55,012 nt of DNA from an uncultured Syntrophaceae bacterium (lineage in GTDB: Bacteria > Desulfobacterota > BSN033 > UBA1163). Below, one piece after another: positions 19,717 to 28,360 of this stretch. The position numbers were made by a program, and so were the translations under genes. The stretch is taken from assembly GCA_964517975.1 (NCBI GenBank), contig CAZFDM010000190.1, forward strand, positions 1-55,012, given 5' to 3'. Numbering within the stretch: the first letter of the stretch is position 1; each line of letters opens with the position of its first letter. Below the pieces are notes generated by a model. The model had not been told where the DNA came from. It searched no databases and saw only the letters and a program-made list of their open reading frames with translations.

Positions 19717-20709
19717 ATGAAAATTTTTGTGATAGATGGTCACCGCCATATTCTATGTTTGGAAGCCCAACGGATGGCCATCCGGTTGGATTCGACAAAG
19801 GCGACCGATTATTTAGATGGGGTTCATGAGGCCTCTGCAGAGATTAATTTAAAAAAAGCACCCCAATGGAATCGGAAGATGACAGACCCAGAAGAACATT
19901 TCGGGGATATGGTGACTTCTGGGATTGATGTTGGGGTCCTTTGGCCACCACCTGTGGGATTCTACTACTGGACAGAACCCTTGGCAGGTGCAGAGTTGGC
20001 TCGACTCATTAATGAAAATACTTCAAAGATGGTTTCAAAAAAACCTGAACATTTTTTAGGGTTAGCAACCGTCCCCCTTCAAGATAGCCTCTTGGCTATT
20101 CAAGAGCTTAATTATGCGATCAAAAAATTGAGACTTCAGGGTGTCGCCATTGCGTCTAATGTAAACGGCCAGGGCCTTGATGAAGAAATTTTTTTTCCTT
20201 TTTTTGAAGAAGTAGAGAAATCAAACTTACCCATTTTTATCCACCCTCATCATCCCCCAGGGGCCGAGAGGATGCGAAAATATTACCTCATTAATTTCTT
20301 AGGCTACCCCATGGAGTCCACCTTAGCAGCAACCCAACTCATATTTGGTGGAGTTTTGGATCGTTACCCTAATTTAAAGATCTGTCTTGCCCATGCGGGT
20401 GGTGTTTTACCTTTTCTCCTTGGTCGGCTCGAACATGGTCAATCCGTCCGACCCGAGGCTCAAAAAAGATGTCAACATCCGGTTTCTTATTATTTAAAGA
20501 ATTTTTATGTCGATAGCATTACTTTTCGTCCGGAGACCCTTCGTTTTGTTATAGAAACGATGCCAAGGGGACATGTCTTTATGGGAACGGATTACCCCTT
20601 TGATATGGGGGACCTTCAGGCAGTTCAATCGGTGAGGTCCGCCATAGCAGATGAGGACTTGCTGGAGGAAGTTCTTGGAGGGACACTAAAGAGAATCATG
20701 GGTTTTTAA
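19717..20709 (+). CDS. Amidohydrolase_2 family protein (ACMSD/LigW/PicC-like metal-dependent decarboxylase or hydrolase)
   Basis: N-terminal DGHRH (HxH), IHPHH, AHAGG and GTDYPFD blocks typical of the family. 330 aa. Confidence 0.8.
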   Translation: MKIFVIDGHRHILCLEAQRMAIRLDSTKATDYLDGVHEASAEINLKKAPQWNRKMTDPEEHFGDMVTSGIDVGVLWPPPVGFYYWTEPLAGAELARLINENTSKMVSKKPEHFLGLATVPLQDSLLAIQELNYAIKKLRLQGVAIASNVNGQGLDEEIFFPFFEEVEKSNLPIFIHPHHPPGAERMRKYYLINFLGYPMESTLAATQLIFGGVLDRYPNLKICLAHAGGVLPFLLGRLEHGQSVRPEAQKRCQHPVSYYLKNFYVDSITFRPETLRFVIETMPRGHVFMGTDYPFDMGDLQAVQSVRSAIADEDLLEEVLGGTLKRIMGF

Positions 20710-20769
20710 AAATGGTCTGGAATGGGAATCAAAAAATTAAAATTTTAATGGATATAAAGGAGGGTAACC

Positions 20770-21477
20770 ATGGATACTGTAAAAATTGTGGACCGATCTC
20801 AGATGGTTTCGACATTGAATCGAAACCTGGTGATCAATCCTTCCACCACAGCCATTGTGGCTATTGACATGCATCGAGGGCACTTAGACCCCTCGATTGC
20901 TACCATGCCCGTCGCTCCTGAGGACTGTAAAAGAGTCATTGCCTATTCTAAGAACCTTCTCGATTTTGCGAGGTCAAAAAAAATTCCTGTGATTCACGTC
21001 ATTCTTATTCAACGTAATATTCCAGGGTTTGGGGCAGAAGGCCTGAACCTCAAGTTTTGGAAAGCCCTTCACCAGATCGCAGAAGAGGAAAACCGTTTAA
21101 CACCAGGTAGAAAGAGCACGGCAGCCGATCACAACCTCGAAGGGTCACCAGGAACTCAGATCATTCCAGAACTTTTAGGTAAAGGGGACTATGTGATTAA
21201 TAACAAAAAGCGTCTGGATTGTTTCTATGGGACAGACCTTGAGATTCTTCTTCGTATTTTGAGAATCGAGACTACAGTGTTGATTGGTATAAATACTAAC
21301 ACCTGCGTTTTAAATACAGCGTTCACAGCCTGTAACCGAGATTTTCAGGTAATCGTCATTTCTGATTGTGTAGCAAGTATGTATGGAGAAGACCTCCATA
21401 TCCTTGGATTGGAGAATGTAAAGCGATGTTTAGGATATGTATTGACTGTTGAGGAGTTTAAAAAGAAGATCGATTAG
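20770..21477 (+). CDS. Isochorismatase-family cysteine hydrolase (nicotinamidase/maleamate amidohydrolase-like)
   Basis: Candidate Asp-Lys-Cys triad context: AIDMHRGH, NNKKRLD and GINTNTCV. Confidence 0.8.
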   Translation: MDTVKIVDRSQMVSTLNRNLVINPSTTAIVAIDMHRGHLDPSIATMPVAPEDCKRVIAYSKNLLDFARSKKIPVIHVILIQRNIPGFGAEGLNLKFWKALHQIAEEENRLTPGRKSTAADHNLEGSPGTQIIPELLGKGDYVINNKKRLDCFYGTDLEILLRILRIETTVLIGINTNTCVLNTAFTACNRDFQVIVISDCVASMYGEDLHILGLENVKRCLGYVLTVEEFKKKID

Positions 21478-21522
21478 AGAAGGTTCCAAAGAAGAACCCA
21501 ACGAGAGAACAGGAGGAAAGAA

Positions 21523-22743
21523 ATGCCAACAAAGAGGAGAAGTCAACAATGGGTTTTAGATGCCTTGGCCGGAACAGGTGGTTGGGACATCCTGCATCCT
21601 GGTATCCGAGGTATTTTTGAAGAGTTAGGATATTATCATGGCGATGTAGACAGAGTATTCGAAAAGGTTAAGGCAGCCTCTATGTATGCAAAGGCCTGGG
21701 CCACCACTGCCCAGGAGGTGGAGAAAAAGGCCCTCTTTGCAGAGAGGATGGGATGGAAGATGGCAGCACGTGATTTTTATGCCCGAGCCTGCCTCCTTTA
21801 TGGTCGTGCACGCTATAGTTACTATAAAGATGATCCCAGAAAGATGGCCTTTAATCAAAAGGTAATCCAGTGCTTTGAAAAAGTGATGGCACTTAACCCC
21901 ACCCCCATTGAGAGGGTTTCACTTGAATTTGAAGGGAAGAAGATCTATGCCAACTTGCATTTAAATGGATCAAAGGGGAAAAGTCCTACTATTGTCCTTG
22001 GCCCGGGCATGGACATGTTTAAAGAAGATTGGTACCGGGCAGTGGAGAGATACTTTTTGCCCCGAGGATTTGTGGCCCTGGCCATTGATGGGCCCGGTCA
22101 GGGAGAAAGCTTGGCTTTAGGTTGTAAGGTAACCGTTGATAATTATGAGCGAGCAGGGAAAACCTTTATCGACTATCTTTCACAGCGGCCTGAGGTTGAT
22201 CCAAACAGGATTGTCTGGTTTGGAGTCAGCATGGGGTCTTATTGGGGTGCCAGGGTAGCCGCCTATGACCATCGCCTGAAAGCCTGCGCAACGGCAATGG
22301 GGTGCAATGGCAGAAATATGGAGGTTATCTTTCATATGGCCCAGCCAAATTTTAAAGCCCATTTCATGTATATGGCAGGTTACGAGGATGAGGAGAAATT
22401 CGACAAGGAGATTATGGCGCACATGACCCTCACCCATGTTGTCAAAAAGATTGAATGCCCTTTCTTGATGATCCATGGTGAATTTGATGAACTCACACCC
22501 CTTGAAGAGGCAATCGAAACCTATGAGAATATTCCACCTCCTAAGGAGATTTGGGTGATGGATAATGAGTTCCATCCCATTGGACCAGTGGGAAGCGATT
22601 GGTTGAGTTGTGTTGGCGATTGGTTGCTCCAGATGTTGGAAGGAAAATTTGATAGTCAAATGGACCGTAGATTGTTCTGGAAGAAGACAGGGGAAGTGAT
22701 TGAAGGTCACATGAGGCCACCTTGGTGGTTACTAAAGGAGTAA
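21523..22743 (+). CDS. Alpha/beta-fold hydrolase with N-terminal helical domain (FrsA / 2,6-dihydroxypseudooxynicotine-hydrolase-like architecture)
   Basis: Nucleophile elbow GVSMGS, AIDGPGQGES block and 406 aa. Subfamily assignment is from memory of the architecture only. Confidence 0.7.
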   Translation: MPTKRRSQQWVLDALAGTGGWDILHPGIRGIFEELGYYHGDVDRVFEKVKAASMYAKAWATTAQEVEKKALFAERMGWKMAARDFYARACLLYGRARYSYYKDDPRKMAFNQKVIQCFEKVMALNPTPIERVSLEFEGKKIYANLHLNGSKGKSPTIVLGPGMDMFKEDWYRAVERYFLPRGFVALAIDGPGQGESLALGCKVTVDNYERAGKTFIDYLSQRPEVDPNRIVWFGVSMGSYWGARVAAYDHRLKACATAMGCNGRNMEVIFHMAQPNFKAHFMYMAGYEDEEKFDKEIMAHMTLTHVVKKIECPFLMIHGEFDELTPLEEAIETYENIPPPKEIWVMDNEFHPIGPVGSDWLSCVGDWLLQMLEGKFDSQMDRRLFWKKTGEVIEGHMRPPWWLLKE

Positions 22744-22773
22744 TTGAATAACGAAAGGAAGGAGTGAGGTGAG

Positions 22774-24087
22774 GTGGATCCTTTAACCGTAGGCATTTTG
22801 GGAGTCATTTTACTTCTTATCTTCATTATCCTTAGAGTCCCAATCTCTGTGGCCTTGGCCGGAATTGGGCTCTTTGGAGTTATCTATCTCCTCGGTTTTG
22901 ATCGTGCCATTTCTTACCTCCCTCACCAAATTTATTCCAGAACTGCTAAGTTTACTTTCACTGCCATCCCCCTCTTTCTCCTGATGGGATATTTTGCTTT
23001 TTACGCAGGGGTTACTGAAGGTGCTTATGAAACGGCCAGGGCATGGGTAGGAAGAGTACCTGGGGGATTGGGAATCGCTACCATTGGAGGGTGTGCCCTG
23101 TTTGCAGCCACGGCAGGCTCCAGCTTGGCGGAATGTGCAGCCATGTCAAAGATCGCTGTGCCAGAAATGCTTAAGAGTGGCTACAACAAAAAACTTGCCA
23201 TTGGCCTTGTAGCCTCTGCCGGAGGATTGGCGGTGGTTATCCCTCCAAGTATTATTATGATCATCTATGGAGTTCTAACGGAGCTGTCTGTCGGGCACCT
23301 GCTTGTTGCAGGCGTTTTACCCGGTATCCTTTATGCTGGAGTTTTTGCTATAGCTATTTTCCTTTATGCTTTATTCAAACCTTCTTCTGCTCCTCTGGAG
23401 TCAAAGGTTGACACTTCATGGAGAGTACGGATTAGGAGTTTAAAGAAGTTTTGGGAAGTCCTGTTATTATTTGGAGCCTCCATTGGAGGGATCTATGCAG
23501 GCTTGGTTACTCCAACTGAAGGGGCTGCTCTTGGCGCGGTGGCTGCTTTCGGCCTTGGAGTCTTTAAAAGGAAATTGACTAAAGAAGTGATCAAGGAGGC
23601 GGTCCTGGAGACGGTTAAGGCAAGCGCCATCATTTTTCTTCTTTTCTGTGGAGCATCGGTATTTACAATCTTTATTACGGTAACAGGCGTGATCCAGGCC
23701 TTTACCAATTGGCTCATCTCGCTAAACTTCTCACCTCTCCAACTCTTCTGGGCCCTCATGATCCTCTACATCATCCTGGGGTGTTTTCTTGATTCCATCT
23801 CTATGATGCTTCTAACCCTGCCTTTGGTCATGCCGATCATTGAAAACATGGGTCTGAGCCTGATCTGGTTCGGAGTGATCATGTGCATGATTGTTGAAAT
23901 TGGATGCATTACCCCACCGATGGGTTTAAATGTCTATGTCATGAAAGCGGCAATGGGAAAAGATGCAGAACTAACAGAAATTTTTGCAGGTGCCCTTCCA
24001 TTTGTCATCTTAGAAGTAATTGTGGTTGCCATTTTATATGCTTTTCCTCAAATAGCCCTATGGCTTCCAAGTTATATGGGGATGTAG
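22774..24087 (+). CDS. TRAP transporter large permease (DctM type)
   Basis: 437-aa polytopic membrane protein with a GTG start behind AAGGAGTGAGG, followed by Q- and P-type genes. Confidence 0.85.
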   Translation: MDPLTVGILGVILLLIFIILRVPISVALAGIGLFGVIYLLGFDRAISYLPHQIYSRTAKFTFTAIPLFLLMGYFAFYAGVTEGAYETARAWVGRVPGGLGIATIGGCALFAATAGSSLAECAAMSKIAVPEMLKSGYNKKLAIGLVASAGGLAVVIPPSIIMIIYGVLTELSVGHLLVAGVLPGILYAGVFAIAIFLYALFKPSSAPLESKVDTSWRVRIRSLKKFWEVLLLFGASIGGIYAGLVTPTEGAALGAVAAFGLGVFKRKLTKEVIKEAVLETVKASAIIFLLFCGASVFTIFITVTGVIQAFTNWLISLNFSPLQLFWALMILYIILGCFLDSISMMLLTLPLVMPIIENMGLSLIWFGVIMCMIVEIGCITPPMGLNVYVMKAAMGKDAELTEIFAGALPFVILEVIVVAILYAFPQIALWLPSYMGM

Positions 24088-24120
24088 CAGGAACCATAGG
24101 AGGATAAAAGGGGGTCAAGG

Positions 24121-24627
24121 ATGAAGAATTATTTCAACCATATCGTCGATTCCCTCTCTTCAAAGGTGACGGTTCTCTCTGGGATCTCTGTAATGGCGAT
24201 GATGACCGCAGAGTTTATCAATGCCATAGGCCGAGAATTTTATAAGCCCCTTCCATGTTGCTTGGAATTGTCTGAGTCTCTTATGATAACTTCCATTTTT
24301 ATGGCTGCAGCCTACGTTGGGTTAAAAGGGGAACACACAAATGTTACCATTATGACAAGAAGATTTCCTCCAAGGGTTCAAAGTTTCATCGATTCATTTG
24401 CCAGCCTATTTGGAGCAATTGTATTTGCCATTTTTGCCTATGGGGCCTGGAAAATTGCTTTTACCGCTACCCTTAAACTCGAGATGAGGATAGGGGTGTT
24501 TAGGTTTCCAATCTGGCCCTTTAGAATATTTTTTGCATTTGGGTTAACCCTGCTTTCCTTGCAGTTCTTCTCTAATATGATCAAGTGCCTTTTTCAAGCG
24601 ATGGATCGAGATTATAAACCCGAATGA
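24121..24627 (+). CDS. TRAP transporter small permease (DctQ type)
   Basis: 168 aa with four predicted TM segments, located between the DctM- and DctP-type genes. Confidence 0.7.
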   Translation: MKNYFNHIVDSLSSKVTVLSGISVMAMMTAEFINAIGREFYKPLPCCLELSESLMITSIFMAAAYVGLKGEHTNVTIMTRRFPPRVQSFIDSFASLFGAIVFAIFAYGAWKIAFTATLKLEMRIGVFRFPIWPFRIFFAFGLTLLSLQFFSNMIKCLFQAMDRDYKPE

Positions 24628-24705
24628 AAGGAGGTGGATTTTTTTGTTGAGAGAGGAGTAGGTTTTAAAAAATAAAAAAATAAAAAAATGAAAAGGAGGA
24701 TAAAA

Positions 24706-25794
24706 ATGATACCATCTAAAAAAGGAAGTTTTTTGGTCATCACGGTGTTGGTTCTTTCTCTAACCTTTATGTTCTGGTCGCCAAAGAGTTTTGCTCAGGG
24801 CAAAACATTTGCCTTCAAATTTGCAACTTCTGTGCCTGAAAAATCTTTTATGGGTGGCCTTCAAAAATGGTGGGCTAATGAGATCGAAAAGAGGACAAAC
24901 GGTCGTGTTAAAATTCAAATCTTCTGGATGGAATCTCTCATTGAGTGGAAAGATATGTATCATGGGGTAAAATCAGGGGTTGCTGAGATTGGGAATCCTT
25001 GCTCGACCTACGACCCAAGCATTTTCCCCCTCTTTATGGTCTTAGATATGCCTTATAATGTCAGGGATTATTGGGCAGGAAACATGGCAGCCATTGATAC
25101 CGCAGAAAACGAACCCCATCTAAAAGCAGAATTGGAAAAGGCGGGGATTAAATTTTTGGCCAATCATAATAGTGGGTTTTTCCAGATGGCTACGAGAAAA
25201 CCCTTCACTTCTATCAGTGAATTAAAGGGCAAGTCCTTCCGCACGTTTGGAGGGGCTCGAATTAAATGGATGGAAAATTTAGGTATCAACCCTATCTTTA
25301 TGAGTTATGGAGAGATTTATGAGGCCATGGATAGAGGAACAATCTTTGGCTTCGATCTTGTTTTTCAGCTCAGCGATGCCTTTAAACACTATGAAGTTTG
25401 CAAATATGTTGGATTGGCTAACTCAGGGCTTGTAGTTACCTGTCCCACATCGATGAATTTAAAAGTTTGGAACTCCCTACCTAAAGACATTCAGGATGTC
25501 TTTTTAAAGGTTAGAGAAGAGTATGCCGCTCGTTTTGCTGAGGAACTTTACAAATTAGAGAGTGGATTTATGGAAAAGTGGAAAACGAAATATGGGGTAA
25601 CGATTCAGAAACTATCTCCAGAGGAAGACAGGATTGCAAGAGAAGCGGGGAGAAAAGCCCAAGAGTGGTTTTTGGATAAGCAGGAAGCAGGTGGACACCC
25701 TGCCAGAAAGGTTTGGGATTATTTCCAAAAATCTCAAAGAAAATATGAGGAAGAGATTAAGACCAAAGGTTATCCCTGGGAAAGAAAGAGATAA
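24706..25794 (+). CDS. TRAP transporter substrate-binding protein (DctP type)
   Basis: Signal peptide (SFLVITVLVLSLTFMFWSPKSFAQG) plus a DctP-like body. I chose the ATG at 24706 behind AAAGGAGGA over the ATG at 24688. Confidence 0.8.
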   Translation: MIPSKKGSFLVITVLVLSLTFMFWSPKSFAQGKTFAFKFATSVPEKSFMGGLQKWWANEIEKRTNGRVKIQIFWMESLIEWKDMYHGVKSGVAEIGNPCSTYDPSIFPLFMVLDMPYNVRDYWAGNMAAIDTAENEPHLKAELEKAGIKFLANHNSGFFQMATRKPFTSISELKGKSFRTFGGARIKWMENLGINPIFMSYGEIYEAMDRGTIFGFDLVFQLSDAFKHYEVCKYVGLANSGLVVTCPTSMNLKVWNSLPKDIQDVFLKVREEYAARFAEELYKLESGFMEKWKTKYGVTIQKLSPEEDRIAREAGRKAQEWFLDKQEAGGHPARKVWDYFQKSQRKYEEEIKTKGYPWERKR

Positions 25795-25818
25795 TAAAAG
25801 ATCCTTTTTGGTTAAAAG

Positions 25819-25855
25819 CCCTCCCTTGAATCCTTCTTATGGATTCAGGGGAGGG
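25819..25855. terminator. Strong stem-loop ending the TRAP operon
   Basis: CCCTCCCTTGAATCC-(7 nt)-GGATTCAGGGGAGGG forms a 15-bp stem with one G-T pair. It is flanked by A-run/T-run sequence, so it looks bidirectional. Confidence 0.5.
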
Positions 25856-26100
25856 AAAACCATCCATTGGGCTTAAAAGTTTCCTCCCTTTCTCTAAATT
25901 TTTTGACTTAAGATCCCCGGAGGAAGAGAATTCTGAAAAGCCCAATCCATTACTCCCGCTATTTTTTAAGACCTCATAAGAAGAGATTACCCTATCATTT
26001 AGAAAAATTTTTTCCAAGACTTCATCCGTTAAATATTTATATAGACAGAAGGGATAAATTTCTGTTATATAAAAAGTAATTTACTTTCGGGGAGAGAGAT

Positions 26101-27279
26101 ATGTTTTTTGTGGCAGAGCCTAAGGATGTAAAAGAAGGGAAGATGACAGATATCTATTTCGTCAGGACCATGGAGGTCCTAAAGGCAAAGAAGATTGATC
26201 GGTGGGTCAAGGCAGAATTCATTGCTAAACGTTTCCCTGAAGATTATGGATGGGGAGTCTTAGCAGGCATTGAAGAAGCCACCCATCTCCTTAAGGATTT
26301 AAAAGTAAATGTCAGAGCGATGCGGGAGGGAACCCTTTTCAGGGCTTATGAACCTGTGATGGAAATTGAGGGGATGTATACGGATTTTGGTCTCTATGAG
26401 ACGGCAATTCTGGGCCTACTCTGTCAGGCCTCAGGGGTCGCAACAAAGGCTGCGCGCTGTAAAAAAGCAGCAGGAGAGCGGTCTGTAATCAGTTTTGGGG
26501 CCAGACGAATTCATCCCATTATTGCACCCATGGTCGAAAGAAACGCCTTCATTGGAGGGTGCGATGGGGTATCGGTGGTGAAGAATGCGGAGATGCTCCA
26601 CATTGAACCCTCAGGCACTATGCCCCATGCATTAATCCTCCTCTTTGGAGATACGGTAGAGGCTACAAAGGCCTTTGATGAGGTGATTGATCCAAAGGTC
26701 AGGAGAGTTTCCCTGATAGACACTTTTAATGATGAAAAAATCGAGGCCATCCGAGTGGCTGAGGCTTTGGGAAAGAGGCTTTTTGGAGTACGGCTTGATA
26801 CCCCAAGTTCCAGAAGGGGGGACTTTCAGAAGATCATCGAAGAGATCCGGTGGGAATTGAATCTAAGGGGATTTGGGCATGTAAAGATTTTTGTGAGCGG
26901 TGGGTTGGATGAGAAACGGATCCTAAGCCTCAATCCCTTAGTGGATGCCTATGGGGTGGGGACCTCCATTACCAATGCTCGGGTAATCGACTTTGCCATG
27001 GACATTATCGAGATCGATGGGAAACCGCTGGCAAAGAGGGGAAAGATGTCGGGTTCTAAAAGGGTGCTTCGGTGTTCTAAGTGTTTCCAGGACAGAATGG
27101 TTCCTCTCAAAAAGGCTCGAGGGTCTTCCAGCCCCGATCTTTCTCGATGCTCCTGCGGGGGGCGATTCAAAGAACTTCTGGTTCCCCTTATCAAGAATCA
27201 GAAGATACTCTGGAAGATGCCTGATCCAAAGGCCATCCGAGAATATGTTTTAAGCCAGCTTCCCCATGTCGATCTATAG
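26101..27279 (+). CDS. Nicotinate phosphoribosyltransferase, archaeal/short type with C-terminal Cys4 zinc-ribbon
   Basis: The N-terminus ...KMTDIYFVRTMEVLK and a PRTase barrel body match the family. The C-terminus is RCSKCFQD...CSCGG. Confidence 0.8.
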   Translation: MFFVAEPKDVKEGKMTDIYFVRTMEVLKAKKIDRWVKAEFIAKRFPEDYGWGVLAGIEEATHLLKDLKVNVRAMREGTLFRAYEPVMEIEGMYTDFGLYETAILGLLCQASGVATKAARCKKAAGERSVISFGARRIHPIIAPMVERNAFIGGCDGVSVVKNAEMLHIEPSGTMPHALILLFGDTVEATKAFDEVIDPKVRRVSLIDTFNDEKIEAIRVAEALGKRLFGVRLDTPSSRRGDFQKIIEEIRWELNLRGFGHVKIFVSGGLDEKRILSLNPLVDAYGVGTSITNARVIDFAMDIIEIDGKPLAKRGKMSGSKRVLRCSKCFQDRMVPLKKARGSSSPDLSRCSCGGRFKELLVPLIKNQKILWKMPDPKAIREYVLSQLPHVDL

Positions 27280-27338
27280 ATTCTCTCAACCGTTGGATCC
27301 TGGTCACTTCTTCCGTTCAAACAGATAGGGAAGGAATA

Positions 27339-28349
27339 ATGAAAGAGGCAATGTTATACAGCGCCCTGGAAGAAGGAAAGGTAACGTGTTTCCTTTGCAA
27401 CCATCGATGTACCATCTCCCCTTCAAAGAGGGGTATGTGTGGGGTAAGAGAAAACCAAAATGGAAGACTTTACACTCTTGTCTTCGGCCGAGCCATTTCG
27501 CTCAATGTAGATCCAATCGAGAAGAAACCGATCTTCCATCTATTTCCAGGTTCTACTTCTTTTTCGATTGCCACGGTCGGATGTAATTTTCGATGCCTCC
27601 AGTGTCAGAACCACGAGATCTCCCAAATGCCTGTGGATGAAGGAAGGATTGAGGGAAGAGAGGTTTCTCCCTCTAAGATTGTCTCCCTGGCAAAGGATTA
27701 TCGATGCCAATCCATCTCCTATACCTATACTGAACCCACTATCTATTTTGAATATGCTTATGAAACCGCGGTATTGGCTAAAGAGCAAGGGATTAAAAAT
27801 ATTTTTGTCACCAATGGCTATATGACGGAGGAGGCTCTTAAAAAGATTCAGCCCTATCTGGATGCAGCCAATGTTGATTTGAAGAGCTTTCAAGAGGATT
27901 TTTATAAAAAGGTCTGTGGGGCTAAACTAAAACCTGTTTTGGATAACCTAAGAGTAATGCGATCGATGGGAATCTGGGTCGAAATTACCACCCTGGTCAT
28001 TCCCACGCTGAACGATTCGGAAAAGGAGTTCGAACAGATTGCCCAATTCATCCTCTCTCTGGGCCCCGAAGTTCCATGGCATATCTCTGCTTTTTATCCA
28101 ACCTATAAGATGTTAAACCTCCCAAGAACTCCTGCCTCTTTACTTCACAAGGCCAGAGAGATTGGAATCCAGGCAGGGCTTCGGTATGTCTACTGTGGCA
28201 ACATTCCAGGGGAGGAGGGGGAAGATACCTTTTGTCCTCAATGTGGACGAAGGGTGATTCAGAGAGTAGGATTTCGGGTTATAAAAAATGATATCGTCGG
28301 AGGAACCTGTCGCCACTGTCATGCAAAAGTGGATGGCCTCTGGGAATAA
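27339..28349 (+). CDS. AmmeMemoRadiSam-system-type radical SAM enzyme (PFL-activase-like, COG1180)
   Basis: The N-terminal pattern GKVTCFLCNHRCTISPSKRGMCGVRENQNGRLYTLVFG is typical of that family. The radical SAM motif is CNFRCLQCQN and the C-terminal Cys pairs are CPQCG...CRHC. Confidence 0.75.
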   Translation: MKEAMLYSALEEGKVTCFLCNHRCTISPSKRGMCGVRENQNGRLYTLVFGRAISLNVDPIEKKPIFHLFPGSTSFSIATVGCNFRCLQCQNHEISQMPVDEGRIEGREVSPSKIVSLAKDYRCQSISYTYTEPTIYFEYAYETAVLAKEQGIKNIFVTNGYMTEEALKKIQPYLDAANVDLKSFQEDFYKKVCGAKLKPVLDNLRVMRSMGIWVEITTLVIPTLNDSEKEFEQIAQFILSLGPEVPWHISAFYPTYKMLNLPRTPASLLHKAREIGIQAGLRYVYCGNIPGEEGEDTFCPQCGRRVIQRVGFRVIKNDIVGGTCRHCHAKVDGLWE

Positions 28350-28360
28350 TTTTTTATAAG

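Noticed and set aside
25757-26017. An 86-aa minus-strand ORF in the spacer between the TRAP operon and the NAPRTase gene.
   Set aside because: It overlaps the 3' end of the DctP-type gene and the terminator hairpin. It has no RBS or recognisable domain.
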